From positions 757,207 to 789,206 of the forward strand of contig NZ_LT606950.1 of the NCBI RefSeq assembly GCF_900095195.1: a stretch of DNA of 32,000 nucleotides, in the 5' to 3' direction. The position numbers and the translations under genes are program-made. Of the stretch, positions 1 to 9,981 are shown in pieces (the first letter of the stretch is position 1; each line of letters opens with the position of its first letter). This stretch comes from Polynucleobacter necessarius. GTDB lineage: Bacteria > Pseudomonadota > Gammaproteobacteria > Burkholderiales > Burkholderiaceae. The notes below the pieces were generated by a model that searched no databases, was not told the origin of the DNA, and saw only the letters and a program-made list of their open reading frames with translations.

Positions 1-2175
1 CGCAGGAAATTTACTTAACTCTTCGGGAGCTGGTAGACCCAGATCACGAATCCACTCTAGATCCAACTCAAATAGCACTGGTGCTTGAGGCAATTCATAG
101 GATTGCTGAATACCAGGATGTAGTTCACCAATCCAACCTACCTCAACTCGATTTTTGCCAACCTGCAAAAATACCTTGGCACTACGTCCAGGATGCAGAG
201 CAGGATGTTGTGCAGCTTCAGTAATAAAGTGCAGCGGATCTAATACCCGCTCTAGATCACCTTTCACATCAAAAAAATCGACTGCTTTTGATGGGCTTGC
301 CCACTGCTCTGGAACGGCCGCACCATATGCTAATCCGCCAATCTTTTGGGGCTGTTCAAAGCCCGCAACTTTGCCAGCTTGCTCGGCAATCGCAGCATCG
401 CGTTTAAATATTCTGCCAGTCTCAAATAGGCGCACTCGCCCTGCACCGCGGTTCAAATTCGACTTAAGCTGCGAAAGCAGACCGCCCCAGAGGGTGCTGC
501 GCATGACGCCATACTGATTAGCGATTGGATTCAGTACACGTATTAAATTTTGCTCAGTTGCGCCAGTAAGTCGTTGTTCGCTCTCTTGATCTGTAAAACC
601 AAAATTCACTGCCTCTTGATAGCCCTGTAATGCAAAACGCTGACGGAGCAAATGAATACCGCGTTTTGCTTCGGCTTTTGCACTCATTTTGAGCGACGCC
701 ACTGGCGGCTTATCGGAAATGTTTTCAAATCCATACATCCGCACAACTTCTTCAATCAAATCTTCTTCGATCTCGATATCAAAGCGGTAGCTTGGCGGTG
801 TCACAACAAAAACATCAACCGCTTTCTTAAACTCAAAACCTAAACGTCTAAAAACATCGGCAATCACTTCATTTGTCAGCGGAATGCCAATTACCTTTTC
901 AGCACGAGCAAGACGCATTTTCACATTCTTACGCTCTGGTACATTGAGGATCTGATCATCTACCGGACCGGCCTGCCCACCACAAACCTCGAGAATGAGT
1001 GAGGAAAGATATTCCAGACAATTCACTGTATTTTGCGGATCGACACCACGCTCAAAGCGATGCGCAGCATCGGTACTGAAATTGAAACGACGTGCTCGTC
1101 CTTGAATCGCCGAAGGCAACCAATAGGCGGCTTCTACATAGATATTGGTTGTTTGGTCGCCAACTACGCAATGATTACCGCCCATAATGCCTGCGAGAGC
1201 TACGGGACCATTCTGATCGGCCACTACACCCGCTTCTTGAACTTTGCCTGACGAATCAGGGCCAACCAGAGTAACGGTTTGACCATTGAGAAGCTCTAGG
1301 GTCTCACCGGCTTTGGCCCAACGTACCGCAATATCACCTTGGAATTTATCAATATCAAACACATGGGTTGGCTGACCCATTTCTAACATCACGTAGTTTG
1401 ATAAGTCGACTAATGCTGAAATACTGCGTTGGCCTGCACGATTTAAACGCGTCACAACCCAGTCTGGGGTTTTGGCTTTGGGGTTTACACCACGAATCAC
1501 GCGACCAGCAAAGCGACCGCACAAATCCGTATTTAAAACGCTAACTCTGCGTTTGTCATCGATGGATACCGCCGGAGAATGCCAACTCGGTTTACACAGA
1601 GAGGAGCCCGTAATTGCCGATACTTCTCTTGCCATGCCTAACAGCGACAAACAATCGGCTTTGTTTGGCGTTAATTTGATCACATAGATCTGATCATCCA
1701 AATCAAGATATTTGCGAATATCTTCGCCTACAGGTGCATCAGCAGGTAACTCCAAAATGCCTTCATGGTCATCACCAAGCCCAAGCTCGCGCCCAGAGCA
1801 CAACATACCCTGGCTCTCTACGCCACGGAGCTTGCCAACCTTAATTAGGAAAGGCTTGCCACCTGCCTCCGCAGGAGGCAATTCGGCACCTACCAGAGCA
1901 CATGGAATCTTAATGCCAGCACGCGCATTCGGTGCACCACAAACAATTTGCAGCTCTTGACCAGTACCGGCATCGACTTTACAAACACCTAAACGGTCCG
2001 CATCAGGATGCTGCTCCGCAGACAAGATTTGCGCCACCACAATTTTGGTAAATGGTGGGGCAACAGAGTGCTGCTCTTCTACCTCTAGACCAGCCATTGT
2101 CATCGCATGGCCTAAGGCATCGCTATCTAGCGATGGGTTTACGTATTGACGAAGCCAGGATTCAGAGAATTGCAT
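1..2175 (-). CDS. pheT: Phenylalanine--tRNA ligase beta subunit (partial; 3' end lies beyond the window start)
   Basis: This ORF is missing from the track because it runs off the edge. The - strand is open from the ATG at 2175-2173 to base 1 (725 codons): MQFSESWLRQYVNPSLDSDALGHAMTMAGLEVEE...KVDAGTGQELQIVCGAPNARAGIK...VESQGMLCS. It lies 15 bp downstream of pheS. Confidence 0.92.
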   Translation of the reverse strand, partial: MQFSESWLRQYVNPSLDSDALGHAMTMAGLEVEEQHSVAPPFTKIVVAQILSAEQHPDADRLGVCKVDAGTGQELQIVCGAPNARAGIKIPCALVGAELPPAEAGGKPFLIKVGKLRGVESQGMLCSGRELGLGDDHEGILELPADAPVGEDIRKYLDLDDQIYVIKLTPNKADCLSLLGMAREVSAITGSSLCKPSWHSPAVSIDDKRRVSVLNTDLCGRFAGRVIRGVNPKAKTPDWVVTRLNRAGQRSISALVDLSNYVMLEMGQPTHVFDIDKFQGDIAVRWAKAGETLELLNGQTVTLVGPDSSGKVQEAGVVADQNGPVALAGIMGGNHCVVGDQTTNIYVEAAYWLPSAIQGRARRFNFSTDAAHRFERGVDPQNTVNCLEYLSSLILEVCGGQAGPVDDQILNVPERKNVKMRLARAEKVIGIPLTNEVIADVFRRLGFEFKKAVDVFVVTPPSYRFDIEIEEDLIEEVVRMYGFENISDKPPVASLKMSAKAEAKRGIHLLRQRFALQGYQEAVNFGFTDQESEQRLTGATEQNLIRVLNPIANQYGVMRSTLWGGLLSQLKSNLNRGAGRVRLFETGRIFKRDAAIAEQAGKVAGFEQPQKIGGLAYGAAVPEQWASPSKAVDFFDVKGDLERVLDPLHFITEAAQHPALHPGRSAKVFLQVGKNRVEVGWIGELHPGIQQSYELPQAPVLFELDLEWIRDLGLPAPEELSKFPA

Positions 2176-2190
2176 ACCGTGTGAACCTGT

Positions 2191-3237
2191 TTATGCAGGA
2201 AATTGCGCCAAGAAACGCAAATCGTTTTCAAAGAAGAGGCGTAAATCATCGACGCCATAACGCAACATGGTTAAACGCTCTAGACCGGAACCAAAGGCAA
2301 AACCGGTATAGTGCTCTGGGTCAATACCCATATTGCGTAAGACATTTGGATGAACCTGACCGGCACCCGAGATCTCTAACCAACGGCCAGCGAGCTTACC
2401 GCTACCAAAGGCCATATCAATTTCAGCGGAAGGCTCAGTGAACGGGAAATACGATGGACGAAAACGCACCTGCAATTCATTCGTCTCAAAAAATGTTCTC
2501 AAGAAGTCGGTATACACGCCCTTCAGATCGGCAAAAGAAACGCTTTGTGCAATCCACAAACCCTCTACCTGGTGAAACATGGGCGAGTGAGTTGCATCGC
2601 TGTCCACGCGATAGGTTCTACCTGGTGCAATTACCTTTATTGGCGGCATGACATCAGCATTTGCATATTTTTTGACGTGCTCACTCGCAAACCGAACCTG
2701 AATGGGGCTGGTGTGTGTGCGTAACAGCAACGGTTTCTCTAGAGAATCTTTGCCATCAATATAAAAAGTATCCTGCATAGATCGAGCAGGATGATTTTCA
2801 GGGCTATTGAGTGCCGTGAAATTAAACCAGTCGATTTCAATCTCAGGACCATCAGCCACATCAAAACCAATGGAGCGGAAGATTTCTTCTACTCGCTCCC
2901 AAGTGCGCATTACAGGATGCAAGCTACCAACCGCTTGACCGCGCCCTGGCAAGGAAACATCGATAGATTCAGCAGCTAAACGCTGTTGCAATACGGCATC
3001 AGCCAAAGCTTGGCGACGCTCTTGTAGTGCAGCCTCAACTTGCGTTTTGATTTGATTAATTTGGGCGCTAGCACTCTTACGATCCTCAGGCGACATTCCA
3101 CCAAGCGCTTTTAAACGTTCAGTGAGAACACCTGACTTACCGAGATACCTGGCTTTCGCGTCCTCAAGAGCTGCCGAGTCGGCAGCTCCGGAGAAATCAC
3201 GTTTGGCATCCTCGACAATTTGGTCGAGAGAAACCAT
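2191..3237 (-). CDS. pheS: Phenylalanine--tRNA ligase alpha subunit
   Basis: 348-aa ORF with class II aaRS motifs (...[12 protein letters not shown]..., ...[14 protein letters not shown]..., ...[22 protein letters not shown]...). It sits in the conserved pheST position after rplT. Confidence 0.97.
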   Translation of the reverse strand: MVSLDQIVEDAKRDFSGAADSAALEDAKARYLGKSGVLTERLKALGGMSPEDRKSASAQINQIKTQVEAALQERRQALADAVLQQRLAAESIDVSLPGRGQAVGSLHPVMRTWERVEEIFRSIGFDVADGPEIEIDWFNFTALNSPENHPARSMQDTFYIDGKDSLEKPLLLRTHTSPIQVRFASEHVKKYANADVMPPIKVIAPGRTYRVDSDATHSPMFHQVEGLWIAQSVSFADLKGVYTDFLRTFFETNELQVRFRPSYFPFTEPSAEIDMAFGSGKLAGRWLEISGAGQVHPNVLRNMGIDPEHYTGFAFGSGLERLTMLRYGVDDLRLFFENDLRFLAQFPA

Positions 3238-3266
3238 TGCAGCTTAGTTCGCTTAGAAACTAAGAA

Positions 3267-3632
3267 TTAAGCTGCAGTGTTGACTACGGACTTGATCCGA
3301 GCAACCAAAGCAGCAAAGGCTGCTTTGTCAGCAATAGCCATATCGGAAAGTACTTTGCGGTCGAGATCGATCGCAGCTTTCTTCAAACCATTGATGAATA
3401 CGCTGTATGTCAAGTCATGCTCACGCACTGCCGCATTGATACGGGCAATCCACAAAGCGCGGAATACACGTTTCTTGTTGCGACGGTCACGATAGGCATA
3501 TTGACCAGCACGCATAACCGCTTGCTTAGCAATGCGGAATACGTTTTTACGACGGCCGTGGTAACCCGTTGCGGCATCGGTAATTTTCTTATGACGGGCT
3601 ATTGCTGTAACCCCACGTTTGACTCTTGGCAT
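3267..3632 (-). CDS. rplT: 50S ribosomal protein L20
   Basis: 121-aa ORF starting [17 protein letters not shown]...[24 protein letters not shown], a typical L20 sequence. Confidence 0.97.
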   Translation of the reverse strand: MPRVKRGVTAIARHKKITDAATGYHGRRKNVFRIAKQAVMRAGQYAYRDRRNKKRVFRALWIARINAAVREHDLTYSVFINGLKKAAIDLDRKVLSDMAIADKAAFAALVARIKSVVNTAA

Positions 3633-3657
3633 TGAATTCTCCTAATCTAGTCTGAGG

Positions 3658-3855
3658 TTAAGCGTAAGGAAGCATGGAGCGAATTGACTTAACATCAGAT
3701 TTCGCAACTTCGGTGGAACCACGCAAATGACGCTTGTTCTTCGTGTTCTTCTTGGTGAGGATGTGGCGTTTGAAAGCCTGACCTCGTTTGATGGTTCCGC
3801 CTGCGCGAACCGTGAAACGCTTTTTGGCGCTACTCTTGCTCTTCATCTTGGGCAT
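3658..3855 (-). CDS. rpmI: 50S ribosomal protein L35
   Basis: 65-aa [39 protein letters not shown], located between infC and rplT. Confidence 0.95.
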   Translation of the reverse strand: MPKMKSKSSAKKRFTVRAGGTIKRGQAFKRHILTKKNTKNKRHLRGSTEVAKSDVKSIRSMLPYA

Positions 3856-3989
3856 AAAGCACCCCTTCTTTTACTTGTGCAACATAGGTGGCAACCGACG
3901 GTTACTCTTCCTGTACCCAGAAACACTTCTCTACTGCCAGCATCTTTCAATGCCTCCCTACTTAAGAACTAGATTTTTTATAAACCTAG

Positions 3990-4514
3990 TTACTTAGCCT
4001 TGCGGACGGGGGCCAGTACCATCACCATTTGGCGACCCTCCATCTTTGGAAACTGTTCGACTTGACCATACTCTTGTAGGTCCACTTTCAAACGCTCCAA
4101 CATCCTTGCTCCGATTTCTTGGTGGGCCATTTCACGACCCCGAAACCGCAACGTAATTTTTGTCTTATCGCCATCCTCTAAAAAGCAGATTAGATTGCGT
4201 AGCTTCACACCATAATCACCATCGTCTGTACCAGGGCGGAATTTCACTTCCTTTACCTGAACCATTTTTTGCTTCAGCTTAGCTTCATGCTGACGCTTGG
4301 CTTCTTGGTATTTGAATTTGCCAAAGTCCACGATTCGGACTACAGGCGGTGCAGCGGTGGGAGCAATTTCAACCAGATCGGTATCTTTCTCTTCTGCTGC
4401 CGCTAAGGCTTCACTCAACTTAACTACACCGATGGCTTCACCATCGATTCCAATCAAACGCACTTCAGGAGCAGTAATTTCCCGATTAATGCGCTGCAAT
4501 CTTTCAGTAGCGAT
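3990..4514 (-). CDS. infC: Translation initiation factor IF-3, with a probable non-ATG (AUC/AUU) start
   Basis: The ORF reads ...[43 protein letters not shown]...[14 protein letters not shown]. The track start is an internal TTG at 4499. The frame stays open upstream to ...GGA ATT AAG AAG ATC GCT ACT GAA. ATC at 4514 gives [13 protein letters not shown] and has AAGGA about 9 nt upstream. ATT at 4523 is the alternative. Confidence 0.88.
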   Translation of the reverse strand: MATERLQRINREITAPEVRLIGIDGEAIGVVKLSEALAAAEEKDTDLVEIAPTAAPPVVRIVDFGKFKYQEAKRQHEAKLKQKMVQVKEVKFRPGTDDGDYGVKLRNLICFLEDGDKTKITLRFRGREMAHQEIGARMLERLKVDLQEYGQVEQFPKMEGRQMVMVLAPVRKAK

Positions 4515-4556
4515 CTTCTTAATTCCTTTAAAAAAACAATAAAAACCGTTCTAACC

Positions 4557-6479
4557 CTAGCTAGGCTCGGGTCCGACTTTCTGGGATATATCCTGCTGGA
4601 GTCGGGCAACGAAGGCATCAATAGGCATTGCACCCAAATCCACTCCGCCACGGGCACGAACGGCCACCGAATTACTTTCTGATTCCTTATCCCCCACAAC
4701 GAGCAAAAATGGGATCTTCTGTAATGCGTGCTCGCGTATTTTATACGTAATTTTCTCGTTCCGCAAATCCGCCTCGACTCTAAACCCTTGTTTTTTCAGG
4801 ATTTGCTGGACTTGTTGTGCATATGTAGCAGAATTCCCGGAGATATTCAGGACAACTGCCTGGGTCGGAGCGAGCCAAACTGGCATGTTTCCAGCATGAT
4901 TTTCGATCAAAATCCCAATAAAACGCTCTAAAGAGCCCACAATGGCCCTATGGAGCATGACCGGGGTCTCGCGGCTATTGTCCTCAGCCACGTATTCAGC
5001 ACCCAAACGGGCAGGCATCGAAAAATCCACCTGGATGGTGCCGCACTGCCATGTACGACCAATAGAATCCTTGAGGTGGTATTCAATTTTAGGACCATAA
5101 AAAGCACCCTCACCTGGCAATTCTTCCCATTCTTGACCGGATGCTTTAAGGGCGCCTCGCAACGCTTCTTCAGCCTTATCCCAAATCGCATCGTCACCAA
5201 CACGTTTTGCGGGGCGCAACGCTAACTTCACCGCCACTTCAGTAAAATCAAAATCTTGGTAGACAGCGCGAACGGCTTTGTCGAAATCTGCCACTTCTGA
5301 CTGGATCTGGTCTTCGGTACAGAAAATGTGCCCATCGTCTTGTGTAAATCCGCGAACTCGCATCAGACCATGCAATGCCCCGGATGGTTCGTTGCGATGG
5401 CATTGACCAAACTCACCAAAGCGCAATGGCAACTCACGATAGCTATGCAATCCAGAGTTATAAATTTGTACATGTCCAGGACAGTTCATCGGCTTTAATG
5501 CATAAGCCCGATTCTCAGACTCCGTGGTGAACATGTTCTCTTTGTAGTTTTCCCAGTGACCAGATTTTTCCCAGAGTGCTCGGTCCAATATCTGTGGCAC
5601 TTTGACTTCTTGATAGCCTTCTTGTTGATAGACACGACGCATGTACTGCTCAACCTCTTGCCAGATCGACCAGCCTTTTGGATGCCAGAAGATTAAGCCT
5701 GGAGCCTCTTCTTGAAAATGAAATAAATCTAATTGCTTGCCTAAACGACGATGGTCACGTTTTTCAGACTCTTCAAGCATATGCAAGTACGCATCTTGAT
5801 CTTCTTTACGCAACCATGCTGTACCGTAAATACGTTGCAGCATCTCATTCTTGCTATCACCACGCCAATAGGCGCCAGCAAGCTTCATGAGCTTAAAAAC
5901 TTTGAGCTTTCCAGTAGAAGGAACGTGAGGTCCTCGGCATAAGTCGGTGAATTTACCTTCTGCATACAGTGAGACGTCCTCTCCCTGAGGAATGCTGGCA
6001 ATGATTTCTGCTTTGTAGTGCTCGCCTTGATCTTTGAAAAATTTCACAGCCTCATCGCGAGGCAAAACGCTGCGTACCACTGGCTCATCTTTTTTGGCCA
6101 GCTCAACCATCTTCTTCTCTAAAGCAACTAAGTCCTCTGGTGTGAATGGACGATGATACGAAAAGTCGTAGTAAAAACCATTCTCGACAACAGGGCCAAT
6201 GGTAACTTGGGCCTCTGGAAATAATTCCTTAACAGCATAGGCCAACAGGTGTGCCGTCGAGTGACGGACAATTTCGAGAGCCTCGGGACTTTTATCCGTA
6301 ATGATGGCAAGTTGACTGTCTTTATCGATGACAAAACTGGTATCGACCATCTTGCCATCCACAATGCCGCCAAGCGCAGCTTTAGCAAGACCACTGCCGA
6401 TGCTTTGAGCCACATCCGCAACCCGAACAGGGGCCTCAAACTCACGTTTTGATCCGTCGGGCAGAGTAACTGCTGGCAT
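4557..6479 (-). CDS. thrS: Threonine--tRNA ligase
   Basis: 640-aa ORF with a TGS N-terminus ([18 protein letters not shown]), an editing-domain motif (HSTAHLLA) and a class II core (...[10 protein letters not shown]..., ...[30 protein letters not shown]...). Confidence 0.97.
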   Translation of the reverse strand: MPAVTLPDGSKREFEAPVRVADVAQSIGSGLAKAALGGIVDGKMVDTSFVIDKDSQLAIITDKSPEALEIVRHSTAHLLAYAVKELFPEAQVTIGPVVENGFYYDFSYHRPFTPEDLVALEKKMVELAKKDEPVVRSVLPRDEAVKFFKDQGEHYKAEIIASIPQGEDVSLYAEGKFTDLCRGPHVPSTGKLKVFKLMKLAGAYWRGDSKNEMLQRIYGTAWLRKEDQDAYLHMLEESEKRDHRRLGKQLDLFHFQEEAPGLIFWHPKGWSIWQEVEQYMRRVYQQEGYQEVKVPQILDRALWEKSGHWENYKENMFTTESENRAYALKPMNCPGHVQIYNSGLHSYRELPLRFGEFGQCHRNEPSGALHGLMRVRGFTQDDGHIFCTEDQIQSEVADFDKAVRAVYQDFDFTEVAVKLALRPAKRVGDDAIWDKAEEALRGALKASGQEWEELPGEGAFYGPKIEYHLKDSIGRTWQCGTIQVDFSMPARLGAEYVAEDNSRETPVMLHRAIVGSLERFIGILIENHAGNMPVWLAPTQAVVLNISGNSATYAQQVQQILKKQGFRVEADLRNEKITYKIREHALQKIPFLLVVGDKESESNSVAVRARGGVDLGAMPIDAFVARLQQDISQKVGPEPS

Positions 6480-6544
6480 AACGACTCCATCTGTTTAACT
6501 GAACTTACTAATATTCCGTGCACTGGTGCTACTTCACTTCAATA

Positions 6545-6584
6545 CCTAAAAATAAGGCGCGGTAGCTTGTGGGCATCCGCGCCT
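6545..6584 (-). terminator. Candidate Rho-independent terminator or attenuator between tRNA-Val and thrS
   Basis: On the - strand the sequence reads AGGCGCGG-(14 nt loop)-CCGCGCCT followed by TTATTTTTAGG. This is an 8-bp GC-rich stem (plus-strand 6555-6562 / 6577-6584) with a U-rich tail (plus-strand A-run 6547-6554). Confidence 0.5.
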
Positions 6585-6616
6585 CTTGAGTTTCCTCTTT
6601 TTGGGTCTTTATTCGT

Positions 6617-6693
6617 TGGTAGGCTCGATTGGACTCGAACCAACGACCCCCACCATGTCAAGGTGGTGCTCTAACCAGCTGAGCTACGAGCCT
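6617..6693 (-). tRNA. tRNA-Val (anticodon GAC)
   Basis: The reverse complement reads AGGCTCG TA GCTC AGCTGGTTA GAGC A CCACC TTGACAT GGTGG GGGTC GTTGG TTCGAGT CCAAT CGAGCCT ACCA. It folds as a full cloverleaf with anticodon loop CT-T-GAC-A-T, a T-loop GTTCGAGTC and an encoded CCA. Confidence 0.93.
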
Positions 6694-6711
6694 ATACGGC
6701 CCCGTAGTTTA

Positions 6712-6891
6712 TCACCGGCGACGCACTTGGGTGACGCCTTTCACCTCTTCTAGGCTATTTTGAACCACCCTCAAGACCTCCGCATCTTTAACCTCAATAG
6801 TTAGCAGGATCTGAGTCGGTCCACGCCGTTTGAATCACCCGTTCTGGGGCGCGCTCTAAAAGTCCTCGAAAAGTTTTGCATGAACGACGGT
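6712..6891 (-). pseudogene. relA: RelA (GTP pyrophosphokinase) C-terminal remnant, separated from its N-terminal part by the inversion
   Basis: The - strand reads ...[31 protein letters not shown]. After a frame change it reads ...LLTIEVKDAEVLRVVQNSLEEVKGVTQVRRR* with TGA at 6714-6712. These match the RelA region after the '...GVSIHR' motif and the extreme ACT-domain C-terminus. About 50 codons between them are missing. Confidence 0.8.
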
Positions 6892-7199
6892 CTGCACGCT
6901 CATCATCGAGCGGTATCCTGAATCCACTCTTTCAACTTCGCGAGCAATTAAGCCGTAAGAAACGTAATTTAAATTAGCGCCACCGTATTGCTCGGGGATG
7001 GTGATGCCTAAGAAGCCGAGCTCACCCATTTCACGAAAAATTGCAGGATCGGCTGTTTCATTGCGGTAGGCATCAAGTATTCAAGGCATCAGCCGGTTTT
7101 GGGCGTAATCTGCCGCAGCATCGCGCACCATACGTTCTTCTTCGGTTAATTGGGTATCTAACAAAGAGGGTCTTCCCAATGAAAGCTCGCTTTACTCAT
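6888..7199 (-). pseudogene. gcdH: Glutaryl-CoA dehydrogenase, N-terminal ~100 codons only, with an in-frame TGA
   Basis: The - strand from the ATG at 7199 reads [102 protein letters not shown]. Homology ends abruptly near 6891. The TGA at 7083-7081 sits where homologues have Arg. Confidence 0.87.
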
Positions 7200-7291
7200 G
7201 TCTCTATTCATCCTTAGGATTGTTTTGACCGCGCCTGCGTGAATTCAGGAATGCGGATATGCTTTTGCCTATTATTCATTTTTCTGGGCAT

Positions 7292-7997
7292 ATGAACTCC
7301 CCAAGACGTCACCATCGTTATTACGACCTCATTTTGGCAGCCTTTGTGGTGGTATTGCTGTGCTCAAACTTTATTGGGGCGGGGAAAGCCGCGGTCGTTA
7401 CCTTGCCGTATTTTGGGGAGTTAGTATTTGGCAGTGGCATCCTCTTTTCCCCATCGCATATTTTTTTGGAACATCCTGACCGAAGTTTATGGTTACGCCT
7501 AAGATCGTAGGGCAGTGTGGGCAAGATTTGCTGCCTTAGCGTTTGTTGTGCCATCATGGCGCAAATTGTGATTGCGCTACCGGTTGCGCCAGGGCTTATA
7601 TGGCAAATTATCAGCATGGCTTAGAAACCGTATTTGGAAACTCCTGGCGGATTGCATTGGCATCCATGTTTTCCTTTTGGTGCGGCAGTTTTGCGAATAG
7701 TTTTGTCTTGGCCAAAATGAAGATCTGGACTTCGGGTCGTTTCTTATGGATGCGCACCATTAGTTCTACAGCAATAGGTGAGTTGGTGGACTCTTCTTCT
7801 ATATGTTAGCGGTTTATGGATTATGGCCAACTGCTGAAATCATTCAAGTCGCATTTGCGCAATATGCCCTAAAGACTTCTTGGGAGGTTTTAGCTACGCC
7901 ACTCACGTACTGGATCGTCAATTACCTCAAGCGCAAAGAAAACGAGGATTACTACGATATTCACACCAATTTCACGCCATTTCGGGTCAAAGTCTAG
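7292..7997 (+). pseudogene. Queuosine-precursor transporter (VUT/YhhQ family, COG1738) pseudogene
   Basis: Three consecutive ORF pieces lie in different frames. They read MNSPRRHHRYYDLILAAFVVVLLCSNFIGAGK...FGSGILF; ...ILTEVYGYA*DRRAVWARFAALAF (TAA at 7500-7502); ...VFGNSWRIALASMFSFWCGSFANSFVLAKMKIWTSGRFLWMRTISSTAIGELVDS; and ...YALKTSWEVLATPLTYWIVNYLKRKENEDYYDIHTNFTPF. Together they cover one family-length protein. Confidence 0.75.
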
Positions 7998-8051
7998 GTC
8001 GATCCCTTTTTGGGAGTTTCTTCTCGTTAACCCGTTAAAATAGTGGTCTTT

Positions 8052-8075
8052 GCCCCATCGGTGGGGCGTCTGTTG
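8052..8075 (+). terminator. Weak hairpin downstream of the yhhQ-like pseudogene
   Basis: GCCCCA-TCGG-TGGGGC (8052-8067) is followed by GTCTGTTG. The stem is short and the T tract poor, so support is low. Confidence 0.3.
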
Positions 8076-8104
8076 AACTGATTTCAGAAGGCTAGAAAAT
8101 ATCC

Positions 8105-9712
8105 GTGCTGTCCGCATCTAATATCACCATGCAATTTCGGGCAAAACCCCTGTTCGAAAATATTTCCGTGAAGTTTGGAGGCGGTAACCGCTACGGCTTG
8201 ATTGGCGCGAACGGTTGCGGAAAATCCACCTTCATGAAAATCCTTGGCGGCGAGTTAGAGCCTTCCAGTGGCAATGTGAGTTTGGATCCCGGTATTCGTC
8301 TTGGTAAATTGCGTCAGGACCAATTTGCGTACGAAGATATTCGCGTGCTCGATGTTGTGATGATGGGTCATGAAGAGATGTGGAAAGCAGCGCAAGAGCG
8401 TGATGCGATCTATGCAAACCCGGATGCAACCGACGAAGACTATATGAAAGCCGCTGAGCTTGAAGGTAGGTATGCGGAGTACGGTGGCTATACCGCAGAA
8501 GCGAAAGCGGGTGAGTTGTTGTTGGGTATTGGGATTCCCATTGAGCAACATAATGGTCCGATGAGCAATGTTGCACCTGGCTGGAAATTGCGTGTATTGC
8601 TCGCGCAAGCGCTATTTTCAGATCCCGATGTCTTGCTACTCGATGAGCCAACCAACAACTTGGACATTCACTCGATTCATTGGTTAGAGGAAGTGCTGAA
8701 TCAATTCAACAGCACGATCGTCATCATTTCACACGACCGTCACTTCCTAAATGAAGTCTGTACGCATATGGCGGATATGGACCATGGAACTCTAAAGGTT
8801 TACCTAGGTAACTACGATTCATACATGCTGGCTTCGACACAGGCAAGAGCTCAGCAATTAGCATCGAATGCGAAAGCCAAAGAAAAAATTGCTGAATTGC
8901 AGGCTTTCGTTAGCCGCTTCTCCGCAAATGCATCTAAAGCACGCCAAGCAACATCGCGTCAACGCCAGTTGGAGAAAATCGAGATCGCTGAAATCAAGCC
9001 ATCTTCTCGTCAGAATCCTTTTATTCGCTTTGATTACGAGAAAAAATTACACAATATGGCGGTTGAGTGCAATGCGCTGACTAAGGCATACGACCGAACC
9101 ATCTTCAAGAACTTCAAGCTTGGCATTCGTGCCGGAGAAAAGATTGCGATCATCGGTCAAAACGGCGCAGGTAAAACCACCTTGTTGAAAACAATTTTGA
9201 GCAAGCGATTTGATGGTATTCCAGCTGATAGTGGTGATGTGAAGTGGGCTGAAAATGCCAATGTCGGTGTAATACCTCAAGACAACACGGAGATGTTTGC
9301 AAAAGACGAGACGCTCATGGAATGGATGAGTACTTGGCGTAATACTGGCGATGATGACCAAGTAGTTCGCGGCACCCTAGGACGTCTTTTATTCTCCGGT
9401 GATGAGGTTGGTAAGTCTGTGAAGGTGCTGTCTGGTGGTGAAAAAGGGCGCATGATCTGGGGTAAGTTGATGCTGCAAAAGCACAACGTCTTAGCCATGG
9501 ATGAGCCTACCAATCACATGGATATGGAATCAATTGAGAGCTTGCAAATTGCGCTTGAGAAATTTGAGGGGACACTAATCTTTGTATCCCATGACCGTGA
9601 ATTTGTATCGGCTTTAGCGAACCGCATCCTAGAGGTGAAGATGGATGGAACGGTTGAGGATTATTCCGGGACGTACGAAGAATATCTTCGCAGCCAAGAA
9701 TTGGCTGGCTAA
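8105..9712 (+). CDS. ybiT: ABC-F family ATPase (YbiT-like)
   Basis: 535-aa ORF with a GTG start and two ABC cassettes: GANGCGKST...[11 protein letters not shown] and GQNGAGKTT...LSGGEKGRM...[11 protein letters not shown]. It aligns end to end with E. coli YbiT as I recall it ([41 protein letters not shown]). It appears intact. Confidence 0.92.
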   Translation: MLSASNITMQFRAKPLFENISVKFGGGNRYGLIGANGCGKSTFMKILGGELEPSSGNVSLDPGIRLGKLRQDQFAYEDIRVLDVVMMGHEEMWKAAQERDAIYANPDATDEDYMKAAELEGRYAEYGGYTAEAKAGELLLGIGIPIEQHNGPMSNVAPGWKLRVLLAQALFSDPDVLLLDEPTNNLDIHSIHWLEEVLNQFNSTIVIISHDRHFLNEVCTHMADMDHGTLKVYLGNYDSYMLASTQARAQQLASNAKAKEKIAELQAFVSRFSANASKARQATSRQRQLEKIEIAEIKPSSRQNPFIRFDYEKKLHNMAVECNALTKAYDRTIFKNFKLGIRAGEKIAIIGQNGAGKTTLLKTILSKRFDGIPADSGDVKWAENANVGVIPQDNTEMFAKDETLMEWMSTWRNTGDDDQVVRGTLGRLLFSGDEVGKSVKVLSGGEKGRMIWGKLMLQKHNVLAMDEPTNHMDMESIESLQIALEKFEGTLIFVSHDREFVSALANRILEVKMDGTVEDYSGTYEEYLRSQELAG

Positions 9713-9981
9713 GGAGATTTATTTTCTTTAGCCTGACGCTGAAAGCGGGTCGCAGTACCTTCTGCACGGATCCGCTTCCAAACAAGGGCTTTCTCTTCAT
9801 CTGAGAAAAATACCCAATTACTGACTTCGCTCAGTGTGCGCCCACAACCCTGGCAAATCTCATCATAGAGAGTGGTGCAAACACCAATACAGGGTGAGTC
9901 CGATTCGTTATCGCCAGTAGAGAGCGAGTTCGAGCCATCAAGAGGTAAGTCGGGATTAATTTTGTTGCTAGCAGCAGTCAT
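9709..9981 (-). CDS. DUF1289 (YdhL-like Cys-rich) small protein
   Basis: 90-aa ORF containing [28 protein letters not shown], the family Cys motif. Its start overlaps the upstream stop as TAATG at 9979-9983. Confidence 0.72.
   Translation of the reverse strand: MTAASNKINPDLPLDGSNSLSTGDNESDSPCIGVCTTLYDEICQGCGRTLSEVSNWVFFSDEEKALVWKRIRAEGTATRFQRQAKENKSP

Noticed and set aside
3856-3989. The 134-nt infC-rpmI spacer as a possible L20-binding translational operator.
   Set aside because: By eye I found only short, unconvincing hairpins, such as AACTAG...CTAGTT. I cannot support a specific structure without folding or covariance analysis.
6700-7300. A search for an IS element, inverted repeats or a tRNA-associated integrase at the inversion endpoints. 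tRNA-Val is adjacent, and tRNA genes are common integration sites.
   Set aside because: All sequence at both endpoints is accounted for by relA and gcdH remnants. I found no transposase- or integrase-like ORF and no repeat longer than the 4-bp ACCG.
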